This document shows positions 8,978-19,200 of a stretch of DNA of 64,000 bases, piece by piece (the first letter of the stretch is position 1; every line of letters starts with the position of its first letter). The position numbers were made by a program, and so were the translations under genes. The stretch lies in assembly GCA_002414865.1 (NCBI GenBank), contig DIAQ01000095.1:21430-85429 (forward strand), given 5' to 3'. Under the pieces are notes generated by a model, which was given only the letters and a program-made list of their open reading frames with translations, searched no databases and was not told where the DNA came from. The stretch comes from a candidate division Hyd24-12 bacterium UBA5074. GTDB lineage: Bacteria; Fermentibacterota; Fermentibacteria; Fermentibacterales; Fermentibacteraceae.

Positions 8978-9480
8978 TCCCGGGCTTCTCCGGCACCGCG
9001 CGAGATCTCGGCGAGCCTCCCCCTGAGGAGCCTCCTCCTGAGCGATCCCAGCCTGTCCACGAAGAGGATGCCGTCCAGGTGGTCGTTCTCGTGCTGGGCC
9101 ACCCTTGCGGCCATACCGTCCAGGGCCATCTCGAAAGGCACGAGGTCCGCGTCGAGCGCGGTGACGAGGAGATGCGAGGGCCTGATCACGTCCTCGAAGA
9201 CGCCAGGCACGCTCAGACAGCCCTCCTCCCGCCGGCAGGGGGGACCCGACGGAGAGAGGACCGGATTCACGAAGATCCTGTGACCGCATAGAACGGGAAG
9301 GCTGGACGATTCCAGGAGGAAGATCCTGAGACCCTCGCCTATCTGTGGCGCGGCCAGGCCAAGGCCCTCCTCCTCTTCCTGGATGCGCTCGAGGTCGGCG
9401 ACCACATCCTTGACGAGCAGCCCCTCGGTGTCGGGGTCCACCGGCCTCGCCACCTGTCTCAGCACAGGCGATCCGAGCAC
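8965..9480 (-). CDS. def: Peptide deformylase.
   Basis: Motifs GLAAPQIG, EGCLSVPG and QHENDHLDG. GTG start at 9480 with AAAGGA Shine-Dalgarno. There is no in-frame ATG upstream of the conserved LRQVARPV. Confidence 0.85.
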   Translation of the reverse strand: MLGSPVLRQVARPVDPDTEGLLVKDVVADLERIQEEEEGLGLAAPQIGEGLRIFLLESSSLPVLCGHRIFVNPVLSPSGPPCRREEGCLSVPGVFEDVIRPSHLLVTALDADLVPFEMALDGMAARVAQHENDHLDGILFVDRLGSLRRRLLRGRLAEISRGAGEARECRT

Positions 9481-9494
9481 ATGGAGGGTCCTTT

Positions 9495-9884
9495 TCAGGA
9501 GGACTCTCCGTCCTGCCTGCGCTCGATTCCGGCGATGGCGCTGCGGTCGAGGTCTATTTTCACTCCGTCGGCGATGCGCAGCGAGACGATGTCGCCCTTC
9601 ACGGCGACCACGGAGCCGTGGATGCCACCCGTGGTGACGATCTTGTCGTCCTTCTTCAGGGAGTCGCGCATGCTGCGGAGATCCTTCTGCTGCTTCTGCT
9701 GGGGACGGATGATGAGGAAGTAGAAGATCGCGATCATCGCCAGTATCGGGATGATCTGCATGTATCCCCCGCCGCCGAGGCATGCGGAGGCAGACTGCGG
9801 AGCGCCCCCGCCGGCCTGGCTGGAGTCCTGGGCCAGGGCAGCGGTGGCGGGGATTGCCGTCAAACAGGCGAGAATCGACCTCAT
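9495..9884 (-). CDS. yajC: Preprotein translocase subunit YajC.
   Basis: IIPILAMIAIFYFLIIRPQQKQQKDLRSMRDSLKKDDKIVTTGGIHGSVVAVKGDIV. ATG at 9884 with AGGAAAGGA Shine-Dalgarno. ATGA overlap with the ftsX stop. Confidence 0.85.
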   Translation of the reverse strand: MRSILACLTAIPATAALAQDSSQAGGGAPQSASACLGGGGYMQIIPILAMIAIFYFLIIRPQQKQQKDLRSMRDSLKKDDKIVTTGGIHGSVVAVKGDIVSLRIADGVKIDLDRSAIAGIERRQDGESS

Positions 9885-10768
9885 GTCTTCCTTTCCTGCC
9901 TCCTCGGCCGCGGTATGGCCGAGCGAAGCCCAATCCAGCTTCCGATGAAGCCGGTGACCGCGCCGAGCAGGAGCACTCCGGACACCCACCGCCCCGGCAG
10001 GAAGTCGTGACCGACCCCCGCCTGCATCAGCGCCGAGGCAACCGCTGTCAGCAGCAGCCCTCCAGCCGAACCCGTGAAGCCGGTCAGGATTCCCTCGAGC
10101 AGGAACGGAGCCCTCAGGAACCAGTCGGATGCGCCGCAGATGCCCAGTATCTCGACCGTGAGCGACCTGCGCGACACCGAGAGCCTCATGGTGTTGGCGA
10201 CCATCAGCGAGATGCTCAGCACGAGCACCGCGCCAGCGAAAATATCGAGTTTCTGCAGGGCTCCTACAACCCTGTTCAGCCCCGGAAGGTAATCCTCTCC
10301 CCAGACCACGTCTCCCACCCCCTCGAGCCGGGACAGGGTCCCTGCGAGGGTCGAAATCCGCTCCTCGCTCTCCCATCCGGGCTGGAGCGACACTTGAAGC
10401 GAGGCGGGCAGCCCGTAGCCGTCTCCGAGAAGATCGAGCAGGTCCGACCTCTCGGGCATCTCGGCCCTGAAGAGCGCCTCGGCCTCGGCGGACGACACGA
10501 AGTACACCGACCGGACTCCGTCCATTCCCGAGACCACGTCCGCGAGCGCCCTCGCCGAGCGCTCGTCCAGGGAGTCGGTCAGGAACATCTCGATCCCTAC
10601 GTTCTCCTGCTCGCTCCTGAGTATCTCCCTGATGTTCCAGGTGATGACGAGGAAGGTATCGAAGACCACGAATGACAGGCTGACCATCAGCAGCGTGGCG
10701 AGGATCGAGGAGTTCCTGCCCCGGAGGTTGAGCAGGGTCTCCCTCAGGAGGGCTCGCAGCTCGTTCAT
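9881..10768 (-). CDS. ftsX: Cell division ABC transporter permease FtsX.
   Basis: Four-TM FtsX architecture with a periplasmic loop. ATG at 10768 overlaps the ftsE TGA stop (ATGA). An alternative ATG exists at 10786. Confidence 0.85.
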   Translation of the reverse strand: MNELRALLRETLLNLRGRNSSILATLLMVSLSFVVFDTFLVITWNIREILRSEQENVGIEMFLTDSLDERSARALADVVSGMDGVRSVYFVSSAEAEALFRAEMPERSDLLDLLGDGYGLPASLQVSLQPGWESEERISTLAGTLSRLEGVGDVVWGEDYLPGLNRVVGALQKLDIFAGAVLVLSISLMVANTMRLSVSRRSLTVEILGICGASDWFLRAPFLLEGILTGFTGSAGGLLLTAVASALMQAGVGHDFLPGRWVSGVLLLGAVTGFIGSWIGLRSAIPRPRRQERKT

Positions 10769-11454
10769 CAGCGGGCCTCCGGCCATTCCGCCGGGTTGAC
10801 CAGCCTGCCCCTCTCGAGGAAGAGGAACCGGGCTGACTCCGGGGGGACCTGCCTCGGATCGTGGGTGGCCATCATCACGGCCGTCCCGCCCCTGACTATG
10901 CCCAGGAGCAGATCGACGACCAGCCTGGAGGACTCGGGGTCGAGGTTGCCGGTGGGCTCGTCGGCAAGGACTATCTCCGGATGGGCCACCAGGGCCCGGG
11001 CCACCGCGACCCGCTGCTGCTCTCCACCGGACAGCTCGTGCGGGAAGGAGGCCCTCCTGTGGCTGAGCTCCATCTCCGCCAGCAGTGAGAACACCCTCTT
11101 GCGGACCTGGGCCGGGGACGACCCCGAGACGATCAGCGGGAGGGCCACATTGTCGAATACCGTCCTGTCGGGCAGGAGTCGGAAGTCCTGGAAGACGATG
11201 CCGATCCTTCGCCTCGTGCCGGCCACGTCCCCGGGCCGCAGACGATCCGAGGAGCAGCCGCAGACCTCCACCCTTCCGGCGGTCGGCAGATCGCCCATCC
11301 AGACCAGGCGGAGGATGGTCGTCTTGCCGGCGCCGCTGGGGCCGGACAGGACCACGAACTCTCCGGACCGAACCTCGAAGTCGATCCCCTCCACGGCAGG
11401 CCAGTCGGAGTAGCTCCTGGCGACCCCGGTGAACTTCACCAGGGCGTCGCTCAT
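10768..11454 (-). CDS. ftsE: Cell division ATP-binding protein FtsE.
   Basis: Walker A GPSGAGKTT, ABC signature LSGGEQQR and Walker B VLADEPTGNLD. Confidence 0.9.
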   Translation of the reverse strand: MSDALVKFTGVARSYSDWPAVEGIDFEVRSGEFVVLSGPSGAGKTTILRLVWMGDLPTAGRVEVCGCSSDRLRPGDVAGTRRRIGIVFQDFRLLPDRTVFDNVALPLIVSGSSPAQVRKRVFSLLAEMELSHRRASFPHELSGGEQQRVAVARALVAHPEIVLADEPTGNLDPESSRLVVDLLLGIVRGGTAVMMATHDPRQVPPESARFLFLERGRLVNPAEWPEAR

Positions 11455-11720
11455 CGTCCCGCAGCCTCTTCGGAGATGACTGAATAGAGCGAGGCGCGCT
11501 CGGACTTCGGCACCGACCTTCCGGCAGGCAGCTCCTTCACGATGATGACCACCGTCCTCCCGTCCGGGAGCATGGCGGAAACCTCGTCACCCGGCTTCAG
11601 GCGGGAGGACGGTTTGGCAGCCCTGCCGTTCAGGGACACGAAGCCGCCCTCGCATGCCTTTTCTGCAATGGAGCGGGTCCTGAGAAGTCCTGCGAGCTTC
11701 AGGAAGAGGTCCACCCTCAC
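11451..11720 (-). CDS. S4-domain RNA-binding protein (Hsp15/YlmH-like).
   Basis: VRVDLFLKLAGLLRTRSIAEKACEGGFVSLNGRAAKPSSRLKPGDEV. GTG start at 11720 overlaps the upstream TGA stop (GTGA). The longer ORF to 11813 would overlap the surA-like gene. Confidence 0.7.
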   Translation of the reverse strand: MRVDLFLKLAGLLRTRSIAEKACEGGFVSLNGRAAKPSSRLKPGDEVSAMLPDGRTVVIIVKELPAGRSVPKSERASLYSVISEEAAGR

Positions 11721-12961
11721 CGGCGGACAACCGGGAAGGAGGTCCTCAGCGAATCGACCAGGGCGTCGACCTGCTTCTCGTACTCGATGCTGGTCACGAG
11801 CTCCTGGAGCCACGCGCCATCGTACCCTCGCCAGTCGATCTCGGCTTCGCCGCCGAGGATGGAGAACAGAGCGACCCCCGTGCCCTCCTGCACCGCCACG
11901 GCCCTCCCCGTCTCGCCGGGGTCCAGCTCCGCGATGGCGGCAGCGGCTTCGGGCATCACACGCCTGACGAGCACCATTCCGAGATCGCCGCCGCGGGAGG
12001 CGGTTCCGGCATCTCTGCTGAAAATGGCTGCTGCATCCGCGAAGTCGTACCTGCCCGAGGAGATGAGATCGGCCACCGAGTCGGCCATGGCCATGGCGAC
12101 GGCGAGGTCGCCGGGAGTCGTGTCCAGCCTCAGCAGGATGTGCGACGCGCTCATCGTGTCACCGGGAGCCCCCGAGTCGAGCCTGGCGAGATGCGCTCCG
12201 TAGGGGGAGAGGAACGGCTGGCTGAGCTGTCCGGGTCTGAGCGTCTGGAGAGCCCATTCGAATGCGGCCGTCATGTCGCCGGGAGCGAAGTAGCCGAGCT
12301 GGCCTCCGGATCCTGCCGAGCCCGGATCGTCGGAGTATTCGCGGGCCAGGTCCTCGAAGCTCTCGCCCGCTGCGATCCTTTCGCGAAGCGAGGCGAGGAG
12401 CGCCAGTGCCTCCGCGGCATCCGGACCGGAGGGGACGACGGGGAGCAGGATCCATCCGAGATGCCTGGGCATGAGCTGGCTCTCGAGGTATTCGCCGTTG
12501 CCCTCGAGGTAGCTCACTGGATCGGCGGGAAGAGACCCGAGGCTGACATGGGACTGCACGAAGTCCTGTGCCGCCCTGCGGTCTCCCAGGACATCCGAGA
12601 GCCTTTCCTGGAGGGCCTGCAGCGTCAACCCGGCCTCCGCCAGGGCCTCGGTGAAGGCCTGTTCGTCCTCGAATCCCGAGCGCATCTCCACGACTCTCGC
12701 ATCCACGAGTTCCGCGATGGTCGTCTCGGCCGGGTAGTATCCCACCTGCCTGGCGGCCTCCACCAGTATCCTCTCGTTTACGAGAGCCTGCAGGCCTTCC
12801 TCGAACAGGGAGCTGTCGGGAGCGTCGCCTGCCTCCAGCATTCCGGACTCCTCCAGATAGGCGGAGACGTCGGATCTGAGGATCGGCGTGTCACCCACGA
12901 TGGCGGCGATGCCGTCGAGGGTTCCGGAAAGTGAAAGGCACAATATCAGCAGGGATGTCAT
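11717..12961 (-). CDS. SurA-like periplasmic chaperone with a parvulin PPIase domain.
   Basis: ATG at 12961 with GGAGG Shine-Dalgarno, preceding the signal peptide MTSLLILCLSLSG. Parvulin block ESFEDLAREYSDDPGSAGSGGQLGYFAPGDMTAAFEWA. Confidence 0.8.
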   Translation of the reverse strand: MTSLLILCLSLSGTLDGIAAIVGDTPILRSDVSAYLEESGMLEAGDAPDSSLFEEGLQALVNERILVEAARQVGYYPAETTIAELVDARVVEMRSGFEDEQAFTEALAEAGLTLQALQERLSDVLGDRRAAQDFVQSHVSLGSLPADPVSYLEGNGEYLESQLMPRHLGWILLPVVPSGPDAAEALALLASLRERIAAGESFEDLAREYSDDPGSAGSGGQLGYFAPGDMTAAFEWALQTLRPGQLSQPFLSPYGAHLARLDSGAPGDTMSASHILLRLDTTPGDLAVAMAMADSVADLISSGRYDFADAAAIFSRDAGTASRGGDLGMVLVRRVMPEAAAAIAELDPGETGRAVAVQEGTGVALFSILGGEAEIDWRGYDGAWLQELVTSIEYEKQVDALVDSLRTSFPVVRR

Positions 12962-13815
12962 CTTTCTCCGCCTCCGACTGCTGCGCCGACCTCGTACCTC
13001 GAGCGGGCCACCTCGAGCAGGCTGTCCACGACCGCGGCGCGGCGGCCGCGCAGGATGACCTCGGAAAGGCTCGCGGCAACCCTGGCGGTGTCGGTGAGGG
13101 CGCGCGTCTCCGTGACGAGGAAGATGCGCCATCCTGTATCGGAGCCCACCACGTCGCTAAGCCCGGTCAGCGTCCCGATCCCGGCCGGGAGTCCCCTTCC
13201 CGTGAGCTCGCCGCCCACGAGGAAGCCCATGTCCCCTCCGATGGCTGACCTCTGGGCCAGGGAGGCGTTCTCGGCGAGCACCTGGAAACTCTGTCCTGCG
13301 GCGACCCTGGCCCTGAGCGATTCGGCCGTCGCGCTGTCCGGGACCAGCATCTCGAAGTAATGCCTTTCGACTGAATAGAGGAGGCTGTCCTGCCTCATCA
13401 GGCTTCTCACCTCACCCATGGTGGGGGCGGCGATCTGCGAGAGCTCCCTGGAGAGGAGCAGGTCCCTCCGCAGGAGCTGCACGGCCCTCCTGGCCACGAA
13501 GCCGCCCAGCACCGGGTCGTCCAGGCCTTCGTCGACGGCCAGCCTCGCAAGGAGCTCGTCTTCGGTCCAGGCGAGGGCGGCCTGCCGGCCGTCACCTCCC
13601 GGATCGGCCAGGGCCAGCTCCTCGGCGGTCAGGACAGCGCCTTCCACCGACGCGGCGGCAGCCACCCCCGGCGCATCTCCGGCCATCGGCCCCTCCGGCT
13701 CCACCCTGGAGCCTGCCAGCAGATAGGCCCCGGCCACGGCAGCCAGCGCCAGCACCGGCACGGCGATGCCCCAAACCGGGAAAGCGCTCTGCTCGTCAGT
13801 TCTGGACGTGCTCAA
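12958..13815 (-). CDS. Membrane-anchored parvulin-type PPIase (PpiD/SurA-like paralog).
   Basis: N-terminal TM anchor AFPVWGIAVPVLALAAVAGAYLLAG. Parvulin block GQSFQVLAENASLAQRSAIGGDMGFLVGGELTG. TTG start at 13815. Confidence 0.75.
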   Translation of the reverse strand: MSTSRTDEQSAFPVWGIAVPVLALAAVAGAYLLAGSRVEPEGPMAGDAPGVAAAASVEGAVLTAEELALADPGGDGRQAALAWTEDELLARLAVDEGLDDPVLGGFVARRAVQLLRRDLLLSRELSQIAAPTMGEVRSLMRQDSLLYSVERHYFEMLVPDSATAESLRARVAAGQSFQVLAENASLAQRSAIGGDMGFLVGGELTGRGLPAGIGTLTGLSDVVGSDTGWRIFLVTETRALTDTARVAASLSEVILRGRRAAVVDSLLEVARSRYEVGAAVGGGER

Positions 13816-14617
13816 GCAGCCTCTCCGGATACATGGTCACCGTATGCCTGGCCTCGAGCGAGTCGAGAAGGCTCATCAGCACCTGTTCCTGCTCGGAGGC
13901 ATAGAGCTCCTGCTCGGCGAGCGCGAGTATGTCCTCGTCGCTGGGAGCGGGGCTGAGAGGCCTGGTCTCGAGCACCTTTATGATGTGATAGCCCATGGAG
14001 GTATGGACAACGCCGCTCATCTGGCCGGGGGCCAGGGAGAAGGCGGCCTCCTCGAACGGGACCACGGCCTGGCCGCGGGAAAGCCAGCCCAGGTCGCCGC
14101 CATCCGGCGCGCTTGGACAGGTCGAGTATTCCATTGCCAGCGTGTCGAAGCTCTCTCCGGAGCGGAGCCGTGCGAGGAGCGACTGGGCGAGGTCTTCGTC
14201 GGGCACGAGAATGTGCCTGGCGTGGATCTCCATCCTGTAGCTGTCCCCCCAGCTGGCCACATAGTTCTCGACGTCCAGGCGCGACACCTCTATGTCCGCG
14301 GTGGCCTTGCTGATGTAGGCCTCGAGGAGTATCTGCCTGATCTGGCTGTCGATCGCAGCAGCCACCTCGGGATCAGAGGCCAGGTTCTCCTCCTCGGCCG
14401 CCTGAACCAGGAGCTCCTCGCGCACCCAGCTCCTGAGGACATCCTCGGCTTCGGCCGAGCTGGTCACTCCCAGGTACTGCCTGTTCTGCTCGCCACCGAC
14501 AAGTGCGACCAGCTGATCCCAGGTGAGGGAAGTCGTGTCGACAGAGGCGAGGACATCGGCATGTGCGGGAATGGCGCACAATGCCGTTGCGATCAGGACC
14601 GCTGCTGGTAACCGCAT
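13796..14617 (-). CDS. Secreted parvulin-type PPIase (PrsA/SurA-like paralog).
   Basis: Signal peptide MRLPAAVLIATALCAIPAHA. HARHILV...ESFDTLAMEYSTCPSAPDGGDLGWLSRGQAVVPFEEAAF...GYHIIKV. ATG at 14617; an alternative ATG exists at 14656. Confidence 0.8.
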   Translation of the reverse strand: MRLPAAVLIATALCAIPAHADVLASVDTTSLTWDQLVALVGGEQNRQYLGVTSSAEAEDVLRSWVREELLVQAAEEENLASDPEVAAAIDSQIRQILLEAYISKATADIEVSRLDVENYVASWGDSYRMEIHARHILVPDEDLAQSLLARLRSGESFDTLAMEYSTCPSAPDGGDLGWLSRGQAVVPFEEAAFSLAPGQMSGVVHTSMGYHIIKVLETRPLSPAPSDEDILALAEQELYASEQEQVLMSLLDSLEARHTVTMYPERLLEHVQN

Positions 14618-14637
14618 CTGGGAACCCCCGTATCTCT

Positions 14638-16248
14638 TTAGTAAGTGCTTCCCCATGGGTCAACGGCCTCGACGGCCGCACTGTCAATCTCTACACCGTA
14701 CTGCAGGCGCAGTTCCGACACGAAGGCGGCGAACCGCGCCTCTACATCCTCCGCGCGGGCGGCCTCGGACAGCAGCCCCCAGATCTCCGACGCCTCCGCG
14801 GTATCGGGCGGGGCAACCTCGACGACCTGGAAATAGGCCACCACGCCCTCGGTACCCGTTTCCACCGGGCCGCCGAACGAGCCTTCGGCCGAGGAGAAGA
14901 TGGCTTCGCCCATCGGACCGAAGGATTCGGGGACCTGCAGGGGGGTCGGGACGGGATCGCCTTCCTCGTCCAGCGGAGACCACGTCTCGACGGCATCGAA
15001 GGACGAGACAGGACCGAGCGAGTCCGATAGCTCCTCGGGCAGGTATGCCAGCAGGACCGAGCGCCTCTCCGGATACAGCAGGGCGCCCCTGTTCCTCTGG
15101 TAGAAGTCGAGCACCACCGCCGAATCGGGGGGCGGGACGCGTGACAGGACGCTCCTGCGCAGCAGCGCTTCGACCGACGCCATGGCCCCCACCGATCCCG
15201 GGTCCTCCTGCAGGCCCGCCGACCGGGCCATCGAGGCCGCCCAGCGCGTAGAGGCGATCGAAGTGGCATAGAACCAGATGTCGACGCCGGCGCCGGCGGG
15301 GCCCGGCCTCGGGGGAGCGAAGGCCTGGAGCTCCTCGGGGACCTCCATGCCGAAGAAGCTGTCCGGCTTCATGGACTCGAGCAGCCACGCGATATCCCCG
15401 GCCGTCACCGCGCCTCCTTCGTAGCGCACCAGCACCGTCGCGCCGTCGACATCCACTCCCGGACGATAGGTGCCGTCGACCACGGCCAGCCCCGCGGCGA
15501 AGCTGTCGATGGCCGAGCTGACTGGCTCGAGGGCGGTCCGGGACTCCATCCATTTGAGGAAGGAGATGGTGCCGATGCCCGAGGGGAGCGTGTCCGACAC
15601 CTGCCCTGTGAGGTCGAACTCGGCGGCTGCCCAGGCGCCGTAGACCGGGAACACGAACGCGCCTTCCCCTGCTCGCGGACCGACGATCTCCGTGATGTCG
15701 GAGGGCAGCGCCAGCAGCGGACCGTCGAGCGTGCGCAGGCTGGATCCTCCCGCGCTCCACGGCGCGAGTGCGGTGGAGTCCGGCTGCACGTTCCCGCCCC
15801 TGCCCCAGGCTGAAGCAATGGCAGCGGCCGAGGAGCTGTCCGGCATCAGGACGATGCGAAGCCTGAAGCGCCTTGTGAGGGAGAGGAGCGAGGCCGTATC
15901 CGTGCCCGCCGCGAAGAAGGATTCGTACTGCTGCCCGCGCCAGTCGTCGGAGAGTCTGGCATCCTCGTACAGGGAGATCCAGCGGTTGTCCCCGCTGTCA
16001 GGCGGAGTTGCCTCCAGCGCGAGCTCGAGGAGGTTCTTCGTGATCAGCCTGTCCATCAGGGCGAGCCTTCCCGTTGGCTCGAGCACGCCTACCTGTTCCT
16101 CCGGCGAGAGCGCTGCGAAGGCCTGCCTGTACTGCTCGACGGTGATCTCCCTCTCGCCCACCCTCGCGAGAATGTCGCTCTTCCTGCCGCAGGAGACGGA
16201 GGCCGCGACAACGAGAAGAGCAGGAACCAGCATCCGCAGCGTTTTCAT
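14638..16248 (-). CDS. Lipoprotein with a SurA N-terminal-like chaperone domain and no PPIase domain.
   Basis: ATG at 16248 with AGGAAGGA Shine-Dalgarno. Lipobox MKTLRMLVPALLVVAASVSCGRK. N-terminal region ILARVGEREITVEQYRQAF is SurA_N-like. It lies immediately downstream of mfd. Confidence 0.65.
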   Translation of the reverse strand: MKTLRMLVPALLVVAASVSCGRKSDILARVGEREITVEQYRQAFAALSPEEQVGVLEPTGRLALMDRLITKNLLELALEATPPDSGDNRWISLYEDARLSDDWRGQQYESFFAAGTDTASLLSLTRRFRLRIVLMPDSSSAAAIASAWGRGGNVQPDSTALAPWSAGGSSLRTLDGPLLALPSDITEIVGPRAGEGAFVFPVYGAWAAAEFDLTGQVSDTLPSGIGTISFLKWMESRTALEPVSSAIDSFAAGLAVVDGTYRPGVDVDGATVLVRYEGGAVTAGDIAWLLESMKPDSFFGMEVPEELQAFAPPRPGPAGAGVDIWFYATSIASTRWAASMARSAGLQEDPGSVGAMASVEALLRRSVLSRVPPPDSAVVLDFYQRNRGALLYPERRSVLLAYLPEELSDSLGPVSSFDAVETWSPLDEEGDPVPTPLQVPESFGPMGEAIFSSAEGSFGGPVETGTEGVVAYFQVVEVAPPDTAEASEIWGLLSEAARAEDVEARFAAFVSELRLQYGVEIDSAAVEAVDPWGSTY

Positions 16249-16290
16249 ATGTCCTTCCTGAATGTTGCAGGGAAGGTTGTTTATACCCAA

Positions 16291-19200
16291 CTAACCGAGG
16301 CGCCGCAATGCGGAAGTCGCGAGGCCCAGTAAACCAACTGCTTCGGCACCTTCATATTCCAGTGCGATGACCAGGCGGCCGGTCTTCTCCCTCACGATGG
16401 CTCTCGTCCCGAATCCCGCGAGCCTCCTCCCGGCCTCCGCCTCCGTGACCGCCCCGGAACGGAGAACGATGCGAAGCGATTTCCCGCCCCCCACGACCTC
16501 CTCGGCGCCGGCGGAGCCCGCAAGCACCCTCAGCCGGGCTCTCTCGGCGCAGTTCGAGACCTGGTCGGGCATCTCTCCGTACCTGTCCCTCACGAACCGT
16601 TTCCAGTCCTCCACATCCTCCTCGCCGGAGGAGCGCCAGACTATCCTGTAGAGCCTCACGCGCTCGAGGATGTCCGGCATGTAATCCTCGGGTATGAAGG
16701 CATCTCCGGGCATCTCTATGCGGATATCCGCCTGTGGCCCCTGGAGCCCGCCACGCAGCCTGGAGGCCTCCTCCGCGATGAGATCCTCGAACAGCGAATA
16801 GCCGATGGACTCGATCTGTCCGTGCTGCCTTGCGCCCAGCAGCTCGCCGGCGCCCCTCGTCTCCAGGTCCCTCATGGCGACATGCCATCCCGATCCCAGC
16901 TCCGTGAACCGGGAGATGGACTCGAGCCTCGTCCGGGCTTCGGGCGACAGGCCCCGCCGCCCGGCGGGATGGAGGAGGTAGCAGTAAGCCCTGTGATAGC
17001 TCCTCCCCACCCTGCCGCGCAGCTGGTACAGGTCGGCCACCCCGAAGGTCTGCGCGTTGTCTATGAAGATCGTGTTGACCCTCGGCAGGTCCAGGCCCGA
17101 TTCGATGATGGCGGTGCACAGCAGGAGGTCGTAACCGCCCTCCATGAAGCTGTGCATGACCTCCTCGAGGGCTTCCGGCCTCATCTGCCCGTGGGCGGTG
17201 CAGATCCTCACGCCGGGGAGGGCTGACTGGAGGTCGGCCAGGACATCTCCTAGGGTGGCGATCCTGTTGTGGACGTAGAAGACCTGGCCCTCGCGCTCCA
17301 GCTCGCGGTTGACAGCCGTGGCGACGATCCGGGGATTGAAGGTCGCGAGCTCGGTATGGACGGGGTACCGGTCCCTGGGCGGAGTGGCTATCAGCGAGAT
17401 GTCCCTGAACCCCGAGAGGGCCATGTGAAGCGTCCTCGGAATAGGCGTGGCGGTCATCGCGAGGGTGTCCACCGAGGTTCTGAGCTCGCGCAGGTACTCC
17501 TTCTGGCGCACTCCGAAGCGATGCTCCTCGTCGATTATGACCAGGCCGAGACGGTTGAACCGCACATCCTTCTGCAGGATGCGGTGTGTCCCGACGATGA
17601 TCGAGACGCTCCCCTCGGCGAGGCCAGCCAGCACCTCGCGCTGCTCAGCGGGTGTCTGGAAGCGGCTGAGGACGCCCACCTTCACCGGGAACTCGGCCAG
17701 TCGATCGCGGAACGTCTGGAAATGCTGCTCGGCCAGAATGGTGGTAGGCACGAGGACGGCCACCTGCAGGCCTGCATCCGCAGCCCTGAATGCGGCCCTG
17801 AGGGCGACTTCAGTCTTCCCGTATCCGACGTCGCCGCATATCAGCCTGTCCATGGGCATCGGCTTCGTGAAGTCCTCCTTCACCCTCTCGATAGTCGTCC
17901 TCTGGTCGGGCGTCTCCTCGAACGGGAAGGTCCTCTCCAGAGCATCCATGAGGTTGGAGGGCGGCGGGATAAGGGGCCGCTCCCTGGCCTTCCTCTCCGC
18001 GTAGAGGACCGCCAGGCGGCCGGCGATCTCCGCGGCCCTCACCCTGGCCCTCGACACGCGGCCGCTCCAGAACGAAGCCCCGATCCTGTCCAGCTGCGGG
18101 TGGGCGTCTCCCGGGGTCCTGTAGAGGTGAACCTGGCCGATCTCGGGAACCGGGACCAGGAGCTTGTCACCGTCCGCATATTCTATCGAGAGGCAGTCGA
18201 TCGTCTCGCCCCCCGTCGACACCCGCTCCAGGCCTCTGAAGATCCCAATGCCGTACTGCCTGTGGACTACGAACTGCCCTGGAGAGAGGTCGTCGTCCAC
18301 AGCCGCGGGCTCCCCGCCCCTGAAGCGCCTCACGGTTCCCGGCCTGCGCCTCCCGGAGAGCAGGCGTCTCTCGGACAGCACGACAAGGCCCTTCTCGGGC
18401 ATCCTGAAGCCCTCGGATATCGAGAGGACCTGGACATCGACCTCCATCCCCTCCGGGATCAGGGCGGCGAACGCCTCCTTCTCGGCGGGCGAATCGCAGG
18501 CAACCGCAATCCTGTAGCCATCTCCGAGCCAATCCGAGAACTGCCTCCTCATCTCCTCGGGATGGCCCACGTAGGTCTCCTGGGGGAGCGTGAGGCAGTA
18601 TTCGTCCACGTCCTCGGACGGAGTGACCTCGAAGCTGACAGTCCGGGGGCATGCCGAGAGCCTCTCCAGCATCTCCTCCGGAGTGGCGAACTGCTGCCCG
18701 GGGGTGAACCCGGCATCGGCGGGGAATCCCTGCGTCTGGGTCTCCCAGGCCGCCTTCAGGCTCTCCTGCAGCCTGCCGGGCTCCACGAGCACCAGAGTCC
18801 CGATGGTGGCGAGGTAGTCGGGCAGGGTCGCCGAGTCGTCCATGAACAGCGGGAGGTGGTGCTCCAGGCCAGGTATATTGTTTGATATCAGCATCTTTTC
18901 AGCTAGGTAATGCCCCTGCGGAAGCCGTTCCATGGCCCTGTCCCAGAGCTCCGGGCGGAGGACAGCCTCCCTGGCGGGCAGCAGGTCGGCGGAGGCGACC
19001 TCGCGGATGCTCCGCTGCGACCTCTGATCGAAGATGCGGAGCGACTCGACCTCGTCACCGAAGAACTCGATGCGGACAGGGTTGTCCATGCCGAAGCCGC
19101 CTGCGTCGATGACGCCTCCCCTGGCGGCCCACCGACCCTGCTCGACCACCGAGTCCTCCCTTTCGTACCCCGCGCTCACCAGCCATGACGAAAGCTCTGC

